From Octopus sinensis (taxonomy: Eukaryota): a stretch of 64,000 nucleotides of DNA. Of the stretch, positions 13,545 through 26,830 are shown one piece after another; the stretch's first letter is position 1, and each line of letters begins with the position of its first letter. The notes below the pieces were generated by a model. It was not told the origin of the DNA. It saw only the letters and a program-made list of their open reading frames with translations, and ran no database searches. Both the position numbers and the translations under genes were made by a program. The DNA lies in contig NC_043010.1 in the NCBI RefSeq assembly GCF_006345805.1, positions 5,828,001 to 5,892,000 of the forward strand. The letters are read 5' to 3'.

Positions 13545-14469
13545 TTTGAGTTGGTCATTTTATTTATCATTTATTATTTTTGCCAAATAAACACATGCAC
13601 TATATATATATATTTTTTTCGCTCATTTATTATTGTTATTTTACTATTTTAACGCTTGTCCATTATCCAGAAATCTTTCGTCACACATCTGTGACCTCTT
13701 CAGAACTAAGATGTGTATTCTTATGTGCACATGCGTTTGTGTCCTTGTTTGTGTGTGTGTGTGTGTGTGTGTAAGTCCATGTGTATGCTTGTGTGTGTGT
13801 CATAGTTTTTAGCAGCAGTGTGGCCTTCCTCTCAGCCTCATTGTGCCACTGCTGTCCTAAGACCCAAGAAAAAATAGATAAATAAACGAATATATAAATA
13901 AATATATCTGCCACATACCTGTGATAAATGTAAGACAGGAATAGATATTTTAAATAAATGAAACTATGTAAAGGGCATGGATACACATGAAGCAACCCCA
14001 TGTGCACACAAACACACATACAGGAAACCTCATGGATGGCCATATGATGTCAACAACACAGTCAACCCGGACAGCAGCAGTGCCAACGAGGGCAACAACA
14101 ACTACCCCGATCGCAACACCATGGATGAACATACATATAGAGAGGAATACAGGAACTGTACCTTTCTTTTTTCCTTTTCTCTTCTTGGGTCTTAGAACAG
14201 CAGAAGCACAATGGAGTGAGAGGTTGGGGCTGCTAAAAACTATGACACACACACAAGCATACACACAAGTATACACACACACACAAGGACACAAATGCAT
14301 GTGCACGACAGAATACACATCTTAGAAGAACAGAATGGAGTAAGTGGAGCAAGAACACACTCACACGGAAATGAAGAGTCACTGAAGAGGTCACAGATGT
14401 GTGACGAAAATATTTCCAGCCAATTGATAGGCTTTAAAATAGTAAAATAACAGTAATAAACAAGTGAAG

Positions 14470-14523
<54 letters not shown>

Positions 14524-14560
14524 TTATTTGCAAAAAAATAAATAAATAAATAAATAAAAT
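13545..14560. repeat. Diverged inverted pair of a repeat carrying a hammerhead-like core (probable Penelope-like terminal repeat)
   Basis: Arms ~13545-13870 and ~14175-14560 are reverse complements around a ~300-bp spacer. Each contains CTGAAGAG-GTCAC-AGATGT-GTGAC-GAAA. Confidence 0.6.
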
Positions 14561-14641
14561 GACCATCCCGAAATGCAATAATAATATCTGTTTCAACACA
14601 TGATTTCACATCAGGAATCTTGCAAAACGAATTGATATTGT

Positions 14642-15508
14642 ATGTGTGTGCATATGTATTTAGTATGTATATATATATATTTATGTATGTATATATATTT
14701 ATGTAATATATTTATATTTAGTATATATAATATTTATGTATATATATATATTTATGTATATATATATGTATATATATATATATTTATGTATGTATGTATA
14801 TATGTATGTATATATATATATATTTATGTATGTATGTATATATGTATGTATATATATATATATTTATGTATGTATGTATATATGTATGTATATATATATA
14901 TATTTATGTATGTATGTATATATGTATGTATATATATATATATTTATGTATGTATGTATATATGTATGTATATATATATATATATGTATGTATATATATA
15001 TATTTATGTATGTATATATATTATGTATGTATATATATATTTTGTATGTATATTATATATATTTATGTATGTCTATATATATATATATTTATGTATGTAT
15101 ATATATATATATTTAGATGTGTATATATATATATTTATGTATGTATTATATATATATTATGTATGTATATATATATATATTTATGTATGTATATATATAT
15201 ATATATTTATGTATGTATATATATATAATTGTATGTATATTATATATTTATGTATGTATATATATATATATTTATGTATGTATATATTATATATATTTAT
15301 GTATATATATATATATATATTATGTATGTATATATATAGATATATTATGTATGTATATATATATATATATATTTATGTATATGTATATATATTTATGTAT
15401 TTCTTTTATATATATATATATATATATATATTTATGTATATGTATATATATTTAGGTATATTATATATATATATTTGTGGGTGTGTATATATATATATAT
15501 ATTATGTA

Positions 15509-15550
<42 letters not shown>

Positions 15551-15625
15551 GTATGTATATGTGATATATATATATATATATTTATGTATGTATATGTGTA
15601 TGTATATATATATATATATATTATG
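14642..15625. repeat. ~1-kb compound (TA)n/(TATG)n microsatellite
   Basis: Direct inspection; a ~40-bp higher-order unit is visible at 14780-15000. Confidence 0.95.
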
Positions 15626-15649
15626 TGTGAATGTACAAATATGATGGAG

Positions 15650-15805
15650 CACAAATAAGCTGAGAAAAAAATCTTGGAGATAATAGGAATCATTTGTAGT
15701 GTTCCAGAGAAAAGAAGACTCGGCTACTATAGACATGTAATGCATATAGAGGATGACAGTTGGATAATGAAATGACAAGCAATCCGAGTGGAAAGAACCC
15801 AAAAT
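15650..15805 (+). mobile_element. RTE LINE C-terminal remnant
   Basis: With frameshifts it reads like LREKLG...EKRRLGYYRHVMHIEDDSWIMK, matching the C-terminus of the 61135 ORF (LREKLNLRSVSCGVQERWLRWYGHV). Confidence 0.6.
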
Positions 15806-16639
15806 CACATTGCTTCAAAGCAAACTTCTTAACCACGCAACCATACCTGTGTCTATAATTTTTTTAATATATATATTTAGCTATTTCTTTATAATTTTCT
15901 TTCATCTTATTCAGTTTTTATTGTGTTTGTTTTATTGTTTTTGCTGGGCTTTTTGGTGATATTACTTTACACGTAAACATCTCTAGGTAAAATTTTGAAC
16001 AAACAGTTATTATTTTTTTCCCTTCTATTTAAGACAAATAACATTTTTTTTTTATTTCCTCTAAAATGTGGAAGATTTCATCAATATTAGCTGTTTCACA
16101 TACAATAATAAAACAACTAATTAATTCTATATTAATTTTAACTTTCATCAAGCTTATGAAAATAGTTATTTGCTAATGGGCAACAATACCAGCTTCATTA
16201 TTGATGTTGATTTAAAATAGTAGGGGGTGGAACAGCAAAATTCTTGCATGAAAGTCTTGTATTTCTTTTTAATTCTTCACGATGTTTACAAAACATTCTA
16301 ACTATTTTATCAGTTTTCTTGTTGTTAGTTATGTTCTCCGTAAGCATATATAACATAAAATGAGCAGGTCAACTAACCTTGTTTTCAATGTTAATCCTTT
16401 GTCTCAAAAGGCAATTAAAAATTATTAAGAAAAGCTAAACAATTACTATAAAATAAAATGTTGTAAAATGAAGCTGTTTTCAAAATAGATAACATAACAT
16501 TAAAGTATTTTTATTTTATTTTTTTTAATTAATTTCAAAAACCAAAACCCAGCAAAGAGAAACTAAATTCTTAAGAGGCAGTCTGCAGCCCGGTTTCTAA
16601 TCCTGGTTGTAGATAATAAATTTCATTTAGATGTCAAAA

Positions 16640-17172
16640 TCAAAATCAAAATGAAATTCGATGACAGGTACGAGCACCATACGAGCGTGATCGTTGGCAG
16701 AGCAGCTAACCGGCTTCCATGCCAGTGGCACATAAAAGGCACCATTCGAGTGTGATTGTTACCAGCATCGCCTTACTGGCACTCGAGCCCCATGCTAGTG
16801 GGGTGCTAAGAGCACCATCCAAGCATGATTGTTGCCAGAACGGCTAACTGTCTTCCATGCCGGTGGCATGTAAGAGGCATCATTTGAGTGGGATCGTTAC
16901 CAGCATCGCCTTACTGGCACCTGGGCCATTGGCATGTGTAAAAAGATTCGAGCGAGGTCGTTGCCAGTACCACCTGACTGGCTCCCATGCCGGTGACATG
17001 TAAAACCACCCACTACACTCTCAGAGTGGTTTGCGTTAAGAAGGGCATCCAGCTGTAGAAACTCTGCCAGATCAAGACTGGAGCCTGGTGCAGCCATCTG
17101 GTTTGCCAGCCCACAGTCAAACCGTCCGACCCATGCTAGCATTCAGAGTGGATGTTAAACAATGATGATGAT
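16640..17172 (+). mobile_element. RTE 3' UTR fragment with internal tandem units
   Basis: Ends in CCATGCTAGCAT...GTTAAAC(GAT)n, the tail shared by RTE copies here. Two ~135-bp internal repeats. Confidence 0.75.
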
Positions 17173-17734
17173 GTTTACTGTACTTAGAATTCATGTTGAT
17201 ATTGTTAATGTCACTGTGCAGAAGTTTGAGTGTCTTCTACCAATCTCAAATCAATCCAAGCCTTGAGAAGGGGATTTGGTTGATAGAGCTAAACATAATC
17301 CCCACCTTGTTCAACTCCTCTAACTCACAATATCTCCTTTCATCTATTATCTTTATGATCACCTGGTGTAATTTGACCATCTGGTGTAATTTAGTTGTTA
17401 TTTCTATCAAATGGCACAACCATTTAGAGGTACATAATTTACACCAGTGATTTTTTAACATATGAAATTTTTAAGTTCACAAATAGATAATAGAAGGATT
17501 AATGAAGCAAAGTAAATTTCCTTGTAAATGTACAGAATAATATCCATGTGTATTTAGTCTCACAATGAAACTAAACCATATGAGGGCTTTTCAGCAACTT
17601 TGGTTGAAGATTATAGTGATCAGTTTTATTGCTATTTAACAATTCAACTGGCCTCCTTACCACTCCTAGCTTATTAACATGTAAACAAGTCATGTACCTA
17701 GACACAGATCATTTAAATAATGGTACAATGGTAA

Positions 17735-18005
17735 TTTTATTTTATTTATTATTATTTTTGTCAAATAAATACATGCACTATATATATATTTCTTCACTTG
17801 TTTATTACTGTTATTTTACTATTTTAACACTTGTCCATTTTCCAGAAATCTTTCGTCACACATCTGTGACCTCTTCAGCACTAAGATGTGTATTCTTATG
17901 TGTGCACGCATTTATGTCCTTGTTTGTGTGTGTCATAGGTTTTAGCTGCAATGTGGCCTTTCTCTCAGCCGCAACCTTTCACCCCATTGTGCTGCTGCTG
18001 TCCTA
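17735..18005. repeat. Third copy of the 13545 repeat
   Basis: Near-identical to 13545-13870, including the hammerhead-like core on the minus strand. Confidence 0.75.
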
Positions 18006-18463
18006 GAGTGTGGGAAAGAGAGATAAGTAGATTCCCAATGAAAGTGGTCCATTTGACTTTTATCTCATGCTACTGAAATTTGACAATGAGACAACATATA
18101 GATATCACACCATACTGTCCATACAAATTGATACACACACACATATACACACATATGCACAAACTTTCTCTCTCACTCTCACATACACACACACATATAC
18201 ACACACATGCACACACTTTCTCTCACACTCACATACATACACACACACACATACACATATTGGCAATGTATTTACCTGGCATCTGACTTAATCTGAGACT
18301 GTGTATTGAAATTAAAGCAATTACAGCATGGAAGGTGCAGATTAGCCATTCGTGTGTGCTTTTTAATGGCTAATATTTGCCTTTCATGTTTTATTTTAAA
18401 AATATATCCATAAATAACCAGCATTGTCATATATGTGTCATTCTTCTAGACATTACAGTTATT

Positions 18464-18756
18464 GTTTGTTCTTTCTCGAGCCATGCCTGGCTCATAAGGG
18501 CCGGTTTCCTTGGCGTATAGATTCCCCACCCGGACAGAACGCCGGTCCGTCGCAGGTGAGCTGCAAGATGCAGGAGGAAAGAGTGAGAGAAAGTTGTGGC
18601 AAAAGAATCAGCAGAAGTGTTGCCATTACCTTCTGCCAGATCTGCGTGGAGCTTAGGTGTTTCACTCATAAACACACACATCGCCCGGACTGAGGTTCGA
18701 ACCTGCGATCCCTCGACCACAAGTCCACTGTTCTAACCACTAGGCCATGTGCCTCC
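18464..18756 (-). mobile_element. Family C SINE, tail variant 2, with 14-bp TSD
   Basis: tRNA-like head (TGGCCTAGTGG; GGTTCGAACC). TSD ACATTACAGTTATT at 18450-18463 and 18757-18770. Confidence 0.9.
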
Positions 18757-19033
18757 ACATTACAGTTATTACAATAGAGCTAATCATTTCTTCATAATAT
18801 TTGGTGGAAAGGCTATGAACCTTGTACTTTTATAAAAATACAGTTCCTTTTATAATTTTTTTTTTTTTTGGTTTCAGTCATTGAGTTTTTAGTTGATCCT
18901 CATATTGATTATTGACTCCAGTACTTATGTCAGCATGGTGTTTTGGACAGACCTGGAGTAACTGGAAGCAAATGGTGATGAAAGGATTTTGACAAACCAG
19001 TTGATTAGCTGATTGAATGATTAGTTACATAAT

Positions 19034-19413
19034 AGGCACAGGAGTGGCTGTGTGGTAAGTAGCTTGTTTACCAACCACATGGTTCCGGGTTCAGTCCCAC
19101 TGCATGGCACCTTGGACAAGTGTCTTCTACTATAGCCTCGGGCCAACCAAAGCCTTGTGAGTGGATTTGGTAGATGGTAACTGAAAGAAGCATGTCGTAT
19201 ATATGTATATATATATGTGTGCGTGTATGTTTGTGTTTGTCCCCCTAGCATTGCTTGACAACTGATGCTGGTGTGTTTACGTCCCCGTAACTTAGCGGTT
19301 CGGCAAAAGAGACCGATAGAATAAGTACTGGGCTTACAATGAATAAGTCCCGGGGTCGAGTTGCTTGATTAAAGGCGGTGCTCCAGCATGGCCGCAGTCA
19401 AATGACTGAAACA
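19034..19413 (+). mobile_element. Family A SINE
   Basis: Full-length match to the other family A copies. Confidence 0.9.
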
Positions 19414-19929
19414 GTCGACTAAAAAGGAAAGGACATACTATACATTATGATTTTAAATATACAAACCTATGGGGCCATCATGGCTGGAACCCTTAGTGCA
19501 TACATGTTATTATATCTAAACTGTCCTGGGGCTTAACAAGCAACAACAAATATCTTCTATAAGGCATAAGGAAGAAGAGTGTTAACTACTGCTTATAGAG
19601 AGGGCTGTTTTTATTTGTCACCCTGAAGAGAAGGAGAAAGAGCTGACACAGACCTTTCAGGTTTTGTCAAATATTTATTTGGATTCCTCCAGCACTGATC
19701 TTTGGAACCAAAAACTGAGACAGACAGGGTAAGAGAGTTCTAAGGGTGAAGATACTGATTTGAAATAGTAATGATTTCAAATATTGGCACAAGGCCAGCA
19801 ATTTCAGGGAGGGGTGAGTCAATTAGATCGATCCCAGTGCTCAACTGGTAATTATTTTATCATCCTCAAGAGGATGAAAGACAAAGTCAACCTCAGTAGA
19901 ATTTGAACTCAGAACATAAAGATAGAACA

Positions 19930-20325
19930 TAGGTGCAGGAGGGGCTGTGTGGTAAGTAGATTGCTTACCAACCACATAGTTCCGGGTTCAGTCTCACTGC
20001 GTGGCATCTTGGGCAAGTGTCTTCTGCTATAGCCTCGGGCCAACCAAAGCCTTGTGAGTGGATTTGGTAGACGGAAACTGAAAGAAGCCTGTCGTATATA
20101 TGTATATATATATATATATGTGTGTGTGTGTATATGTTTGTCCCCCCAACATCGCTTGACGACCAATGCTGGTGTGTTTACATCCCTGTCGCTTAGCGGT
20201 TCGGGAAAAGAGACCGATAGAATAAGCACTGGGCTTACAAAGAATAAGTTCCGGGGTCGATTTTCTTGACTAAAGGCGGTGCTCCAGCATGGCCGCAGTC
20301 AAATGATTGAAACAAGTAAAGAGAA
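19930..20325 (+). mobile_element. Family A SINE
   Basis: Full-length match to the other family A copies. Confidence 0.9.
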
Positions 20326-21037
20326 AAAAAAAAAAATTGACGAAATGCCACTAAGCATTTTCTCCACTGTGCCAACAATTCTGTCGACTGATCACTTTGA
20401 GTACTGTAGCAACGTAAATGAAGTGTTTTGCTCAAGAATACAATGTGCCATCCAGTGTGGGAATCGAACCCATGATCTAGCAATTGTGGGTGCAACAGTC
20501 TAACTGCTAGACCACAATCGCATTCACACTGATATGCAATCATCATCATCATCATCATCGTTTAACGTCCGCTTTCCATGCTAGCATGGGTTGGACGATT
20601 TGACTGAGGTCTGGCGAACCAGACTCCAATCTGATCTGGCAGAGCCAAGTGTTAGAATGGTATCTGACAGTTGAGATGCAGTAGAAATCCCACAACCATA
20701 CACACAGAGATGCACGTACACACATACACATATATACATAAATATATACATCCGTTCTTTTAAAAACAGGTAAGATTTAGCAACAGGAAAGGTAACTAGC
20801 TGCAAAGCAATGCCTCACTTATATATTTGTCTAATACTTGCTGGGATAAACAAGCACTCACACACACTCACACACACATACATGCAAGCATGCATGCACG
20901 TGCTAAAAGGAATTGAATGCTCTGTCCAAGCCTTAGGCTCATGTGGCTGGTATCCTGGATTCTGTGACATATATATTCTTCATAGCCTTTCCACCAAATA
21001 TTACAAGAGAGCTAATCATTTCTTCATAATAACTGTA

Positions 21038-21332
21038 ATGTGGAAACACATGGCCTAGTGGTTAGAGCAGCGGTCGAGGGATCGCAGGTTCGAACCTCAG
21101 ACCGGGTGATGTGTGTGTTTATGAGCGAAACACCTAAGCTCCACGCGGCGCAGACAGAAGGTAATGGCAAAACTTCTGCTGACTCTTTCGCCACAACTTT
21201 CTCTCACTCTTTTTTCGTGCATCTTGCAGCTCACCTGCGATGGACCAGCATCCCATCCGGGTGGGGAATCTATATGCCAAGGAAACTGGGAAACTGGCCC
21301 TTATGAGCCAGGCATGGCTCGAGAAGGAACAA
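21038..21332 (+). mobile_element. Family C SINE, tail variant 2 (inverted paralogue of the 18464 copy)
   Basis: Reverse-complement match to 18464-18756 that also shares ~60 bp of 5' flank. Confidence 0.85.
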
Positions 21333-22345
21333 GGTCCATCGCAGGATTACTCAGTTTTACCTGCTGAGTGGACCAGAACAACATGAAATGAACTGTTTTG
21401 CTCAAGAACTCAATGCATTACCTGATTCGGAGAATCAAAACCACAATGTTACAATCATAAGAGAAACACCCTAACCACTAAGCCGCAAGCCTCCACACAC
21501 ACATATATATATATATATATAATATATATATATATATGTGTGTATGTATTTATGTGTGTTTGCATGTATGATGATCTTCTACATAGTTTTCAGCAACCAA
21601 ATTCATTCACACGGCTTTGATATTGCTTGCCCTGAGGCTATAGTAGAAGACACTTGACATTTGCCCAAAGTGCCATACTGTGGAATTGAAATCAGAGCCA
21701 CATTGCTGCAAAGGGAGCTTTTTAACGACATTGTAATGCCTGCACCTTCCTAAACTATTCTTTAAAAAATTCACATGAAAAATCATGCTGTGAGACATTA
21801 CCATTGACTTGTAATGAAACAAATGCCAAAATTCCACCTTGAAAAGAATCGTTGATTGACACAGTGTGACTGGAATGTTACTACTGTTGTATAAACTGAA
21901 CTGACCTGAGCATTAGGCTCGTTAGTAAATTAAGTTTATTGTTAAAACAGTGTATATGATGTCTAAAATTTACAAGAAGCAGAAGTAAAGAATTTGTAAC
22001 AAGCCATCATAGATTCTTTCACCAGCAATTAGAAGTTTGTACTATCTCACTGCTTGTATTGATTTTTAGGGTTTAAATGTCAAATCAGACATGACATTAA
22101 TTCCTATTTAATGTCTTTTTGTTGTTTTTTTTTCTCTCTCCAAGAACATGTGTGCTAAATGCTCTACCCACCTCCTGCCTGCCTTCTTTGCAAATTGCTG
22201 TTTGTAATTATAGGACAGCATTTTCACCAACAATAAATTCACCTGATATAAAAATCAATAAAAACAACAATATAAATAAATATATTTGACAATCCTTCAA
22301 GCAAAACTAAAAAAAATATTTTTTTTCCTTCCATTATTTTGATAT

Positions 22346-22400
<55 letters not shown>

Positions 22401-22522
22401 CATGATTTTTTTGTGCTTAAATTTTATTTTTATTTTAATATTCAAACCAGAAATGTTTGCTACATTTTGTATTCCTAACTTTCCTGTACTTTCCAAAATA
22501 ATGCTCCTCCCTGTACACTGTC

Positions 22523-22565
<43 letters not shown>

Positions 22566-23490
22566 TGTATATGTGTACATATTCATATTTATATGTTTAT
22601 ATGTGTGTGTGTATATATTTATATATGCTACGCATGTATACATACACAGATATCAATATATATTTACACCTATCTATCATATATATCTCTTTATCTATAT
22701 CAAGCTATCTATCTACCTGTCTATCTAACTATACACACACACATTTACACATACACACTCATGCACATACACATGCAGACACACACACACGTAATTTACA
22801 CAACAAGGCAATCTATTAAGGGATTTAAAAAGTCCCCTAAGCATTTTTATTTCCATTACAAAAGAAAAGGGAGAAAAAATACTTCAAAATTAAAAAGTTC
22901 CTAATTGGAAAATTTCTCAACTACCTTTTCATCATTTGGGAATTTCAATTCCCAATTCAAAATATGATTTTCTGATTCCCTGTTGGAAGACACGATTGAC
23001 CAATCATCTGTAAATGGCATTTTATGATTTTATACATAAATATTTGTAATAATTGCAGTATCAACCAAAAGCTTTTCATTTCATTTCCTTTTTGGTTTTC
23101 CTTTTTTGGTTTTTGTTTGTTATTATTGTTGCATATTTCATTGTTACTTATTTCGAGCTTTCAAGAATATTTCCAATCTACAAAACAACTGTTTCTAATT
23201 TAAGCACAAAACCAACATTTTCAATGGAGGTGGCATAAATAACCAACAATAACTAGGATCAATGACATTCATACTAGTACTTGACTAGTATTTTATTTTA
23301 TTGACTCCATCATTGTTGACCTCGGGCAAATACAATAACAACTATTATGAAAACAGGATTTTTAAAACCAAGACAAGTTTCAATAAAAGTGTTAGCAAAT
23401 GATAAATACAGCAATAAAAGGGTGTGGAAAGAGTTGTTCCCACCAAGTGCAATTATGTGCTTTTTGTCTGATATATGTTTTATTGACTAC

Positions 23491-23549
<59 letters not shown>

Positions 23550-24096
23550 TCTACATATGTATGACTAGCCATGTTTACGTGTTTACTTTTAATTTTATAT
23601 AAGTAGCAGAATTATAACACAGTAATTTCCCTTTATATAACGGTATTTTTTCATAGCGTTTTTTCAGATGGCCAGATAACCAAAGAGATGGTGTTGTGGA
23701 TTTCCACTTCGGCATCTGAAACTCAGAGGTTTATCTTGACTATTGAGTAATTGTAACATATTATTTTATAGATAAATTTCCTCTATTTACATAATATTGA
23801 GGTCTCTTTCTTTCTTTTGTTATCTTACCGTTTTTACCAATATATATATTATATAAATATATATATATGTATATACATATATATATATATATAATATATA
23901 ATAATAATAGGAAGTATAACTCCAAACTTACAGGGAAAAATTCAATTTAGTATTAAATCAAATTTCACAGTATAAATATATAATATATATAAATTAGAGA
24001 AAAACCACTATTATGGAATTCACTATTATAGTATAAATTTACATCTATCATTGTTTGAATTACATAATAGTGGTTTTTCTCTAATTTATATATCTC

Positions 24097-25224
24097 TATG
24101 CATGCATGCTTGTATGTATGTATGTATGTATGTATGCATGTATGCTTGTATGTATGTATGTATGTTTGTATGTATGTATGTATGTATGTATGCTTGTATG
24201 TATGTATGTATGTATGTATGTTTGTATGTATGCTTGTATGTATGCTTGTATGTATGTATGTATGTATGTATGTATGATGTATGTATGTATGATGTATGTA
24301 TGTATGATGTATGTATGTATGTATGTATGTATGTATGTATGTATGTATGTTGATGGTATGTATGTATGTATGTATGTATGTTTGTATGTATGCTTGTATG
24401 CATGCTTGTATGTATGTATGTATGTATGCATGTATGCTTGTATGTATGCTTGTATGTATGCTTGTATGTATGTATGTATGTATGTATGTTTGTATGTATG
24501 CTTGTATGTATGCTTGTATGTATGTATGTATGTATGTATGTATGTATGTATGTATGTATGCTTGTATGTATGTATGTATGTATGTATGTATGATGTATGT
24601 ATGTATGATGTATGTATGTATGATGTATGTATGTATGATGTATGTATGTATGATGTATGTATGTATGATGTATGTATGTATGTATGTATGTATGTATGTA
24701 TGTATGTATGTATGCTTGTATGTATGTATGTATGTTTGTATGTATGTTTGTATGTATGCTTGTATGTATGTATGTATGTATGTATGTATGTATGTATGTA
24801 TGTATGTATGTATGTATGTATGTATGTATGTATGTATGTATGTATGTATGTATGTTTGTATGTATGTTTGTATGTATGTTTGTATGCATGTTTGTATGTA
24901 TGCTTGTATGTATGCTTGTATGTATGCTTGTATGTATGTATGTATGCTTGTATGTATGCTTGTATGTATGTATGTTTGTATGTATGCTTGTATGTATGCT
25001 TGTATGTATGTATGTATGTATGTATGCTTGTATGTATGCATGTGTGTGTGTATGTATGTATGCATGTATGTATGTATGTATGTTTGTATGTATGCTTGTA
25101 TGTATGCTTGTATGTATGTATGTATGCATGTATGCATGTATGTATGTATGTATGTATGTATGTATGTATGTATGTATGCTTGTATGTATGTATGTATGCA
25201 TGTATGTATGTGTATGTATGTATG
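24097..25224. repeat. 1.13-kb (TATG)n array with GCTT, GTTT and GAT variant units
   Basis: Direct inspection; it produces the spurious 370-392 aa ORFs. Confidence 0.97.
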
Positions 25225-25917
25225 TCATTCTTCAGTTTTATTTCGAGATTTGTTGCCAATAGAGAAAGAATCAATTTCTAACCTAAATCCAAGCCTCCTT
25301 TATTGGAATCTCAGCATCAACAGGATATTTTTGCACGCATGTGTATATATTATGCAGTATTTGGAATCAGCGCAAGAGCAGATTTGTATGTTTTATTTTA
25401 TGTATGTATTCTTATGTATATAGTTATATATCTAATTATGCACATATATACTTAAATTGTAAACTTCTGGAAAATTTTACAAATTTTTACGGTACCAGTG
25501 ATGGATTGGAACTGCAGTCTTCAAATCAGCTTTCTCTTTTCTAATGTTGAAAAGCCTATGTACGTATGTATATATGTATGTATGTCTGTGTATGTATATA
25601 TATGCATATACCTTTGTATACCTTTCTGTCTGTGCTTGTCTCCCACTACCACTTGACAACCAAGGCTGGTATGCTTATGTAACATAGTGGTTCAGCAAAA
25701 GAAACCGATAGAATGAGTACCAATCATATGCAAATTAAAAAGATATAAGTACTAGTGTCGATTCATTCAACTAAAAATTCTTCCAGGTGGTGCCCCAGCA
25801 TGGCCTCAGTCAAATGATTGAAAGAAGTGAACGGTAAAAGGTAAGTGTCACCACCAAAAATGACTTTGCTCTTAGACACTGACACACACAGTGTTACTGT
25901 AAAGTGAGACATAGATA

Positions 25918-26830
25918 AGGCAGCGAGCTAGGAGAATCATTAGTACGCTGGATGAAATGCTTAGCAGTATTTCATCTGTCTTCACATTCTGAGTTCAAAT
26001 TATCTTGAGATCAATTTTGCCTTTCATCTTTTCAGAGTCGATAAATTAAGTACCAGTGAAACACTGGGTCGATGTAATCAACTAGTCCACTCCCCATTTC
26101 TTATTTCTTTATTGCCCACACGGGGCTAAACATAGAGGGGACAAACAAGGACAGACAAAGGGATTAAGTCGATTACATCAACCATCAACCCCAAAAGGAT
26201 AAAAGGCAAAGTTGACCTCAGTGGAATTTGAACTCAGAACCTAACGGTAGACGAAATACCTATTTCTTTACTGCCCACAAGGGGCTACACACAGAGGGGA
26301 CAAACAAGGACAGACAAACGGATTAAGTCGATTACATCGACCATCGACTCCGAAAGGATGAAAGGCAAAGTTGACCTCGGTGGAATTTGAACTCAGAACC
26401 TAACGGTAGACGAAATACCTATTTCTTTACTACCCACAAGGGGCTACACACAGAGGGGACAAACAAGGACAGACAAAGGGATTAAGTCGATTACATCGAC
26501 CATCGACCCTGAGAGGATAATAGGCAAAGTTGACCTCGGTGGAATTTGAACTCGGAACCTAACAGTAGACGAAATACCTATTTCTTTACAGCCCACAAGG
26601 GGCTACACACACAGGGGACAAACAAGGACAGACAAACGGATTAAGTCGATTATATCGACCCCAGTGCGTAACTGGTACTTAATTTATCGACTCCGAAAGG
26701 ATGAAAGGCAAAGTCGACCCCGGTGGAATTTGAACACAGAACGTAACGGCAGACGAAATACCACTAAGCATTTCGCCCAGTGTGGTAACCAGCTCCCCAC
26801 AAAATTTCTGGCCTTGTATCTACAGTAGAA
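25918..26830 (+). mobile_element. Older family B SINE acting as host of a nested insertion
   Basis: 5' part at 25918-26096 (GCGAGCTAGGAGAATCATTAG...GAGTTCAAATT) resumes after 26792 (CTCCCCACAAAATTTCTGGCCTTG). Confidence 0.7.
26097..26792 (-). repeat. Family B SINE insertion containing three tandem 159-bp units
   Basis: The unit marker TATTTCTTTA occurs at 26102, 26261, 26420 and 26579. CTCCCCA is duplicated at 26090-26096 and 26793-26799. Confidence 0.9.

Noticed and set aside
14642-15808. 338-aa and overlapping Y/I/M/V-rich ORFs, and similar ORFs at 7.7-8.4, 37.6-38.0, 47.7-48.3 and 49.5-50.2 kb
   Set aside because: Pure microsatellite translations.
19599-19728. Candidate plus-strand exon (RAVFICHPEEKEK...LRQTG, GTAAGA donor)
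   Set aside because: An equally plausible exon can be drawn on the opposite strand and no homology is recognised; not distinguishable from chance.
23965-25423. Overlapping 370-392 aa ORFs (MYVC/HTYI repeats)
   Set aside because: Translations of a (TATG)n array that lacks stop codons in several frames; no protein signal.
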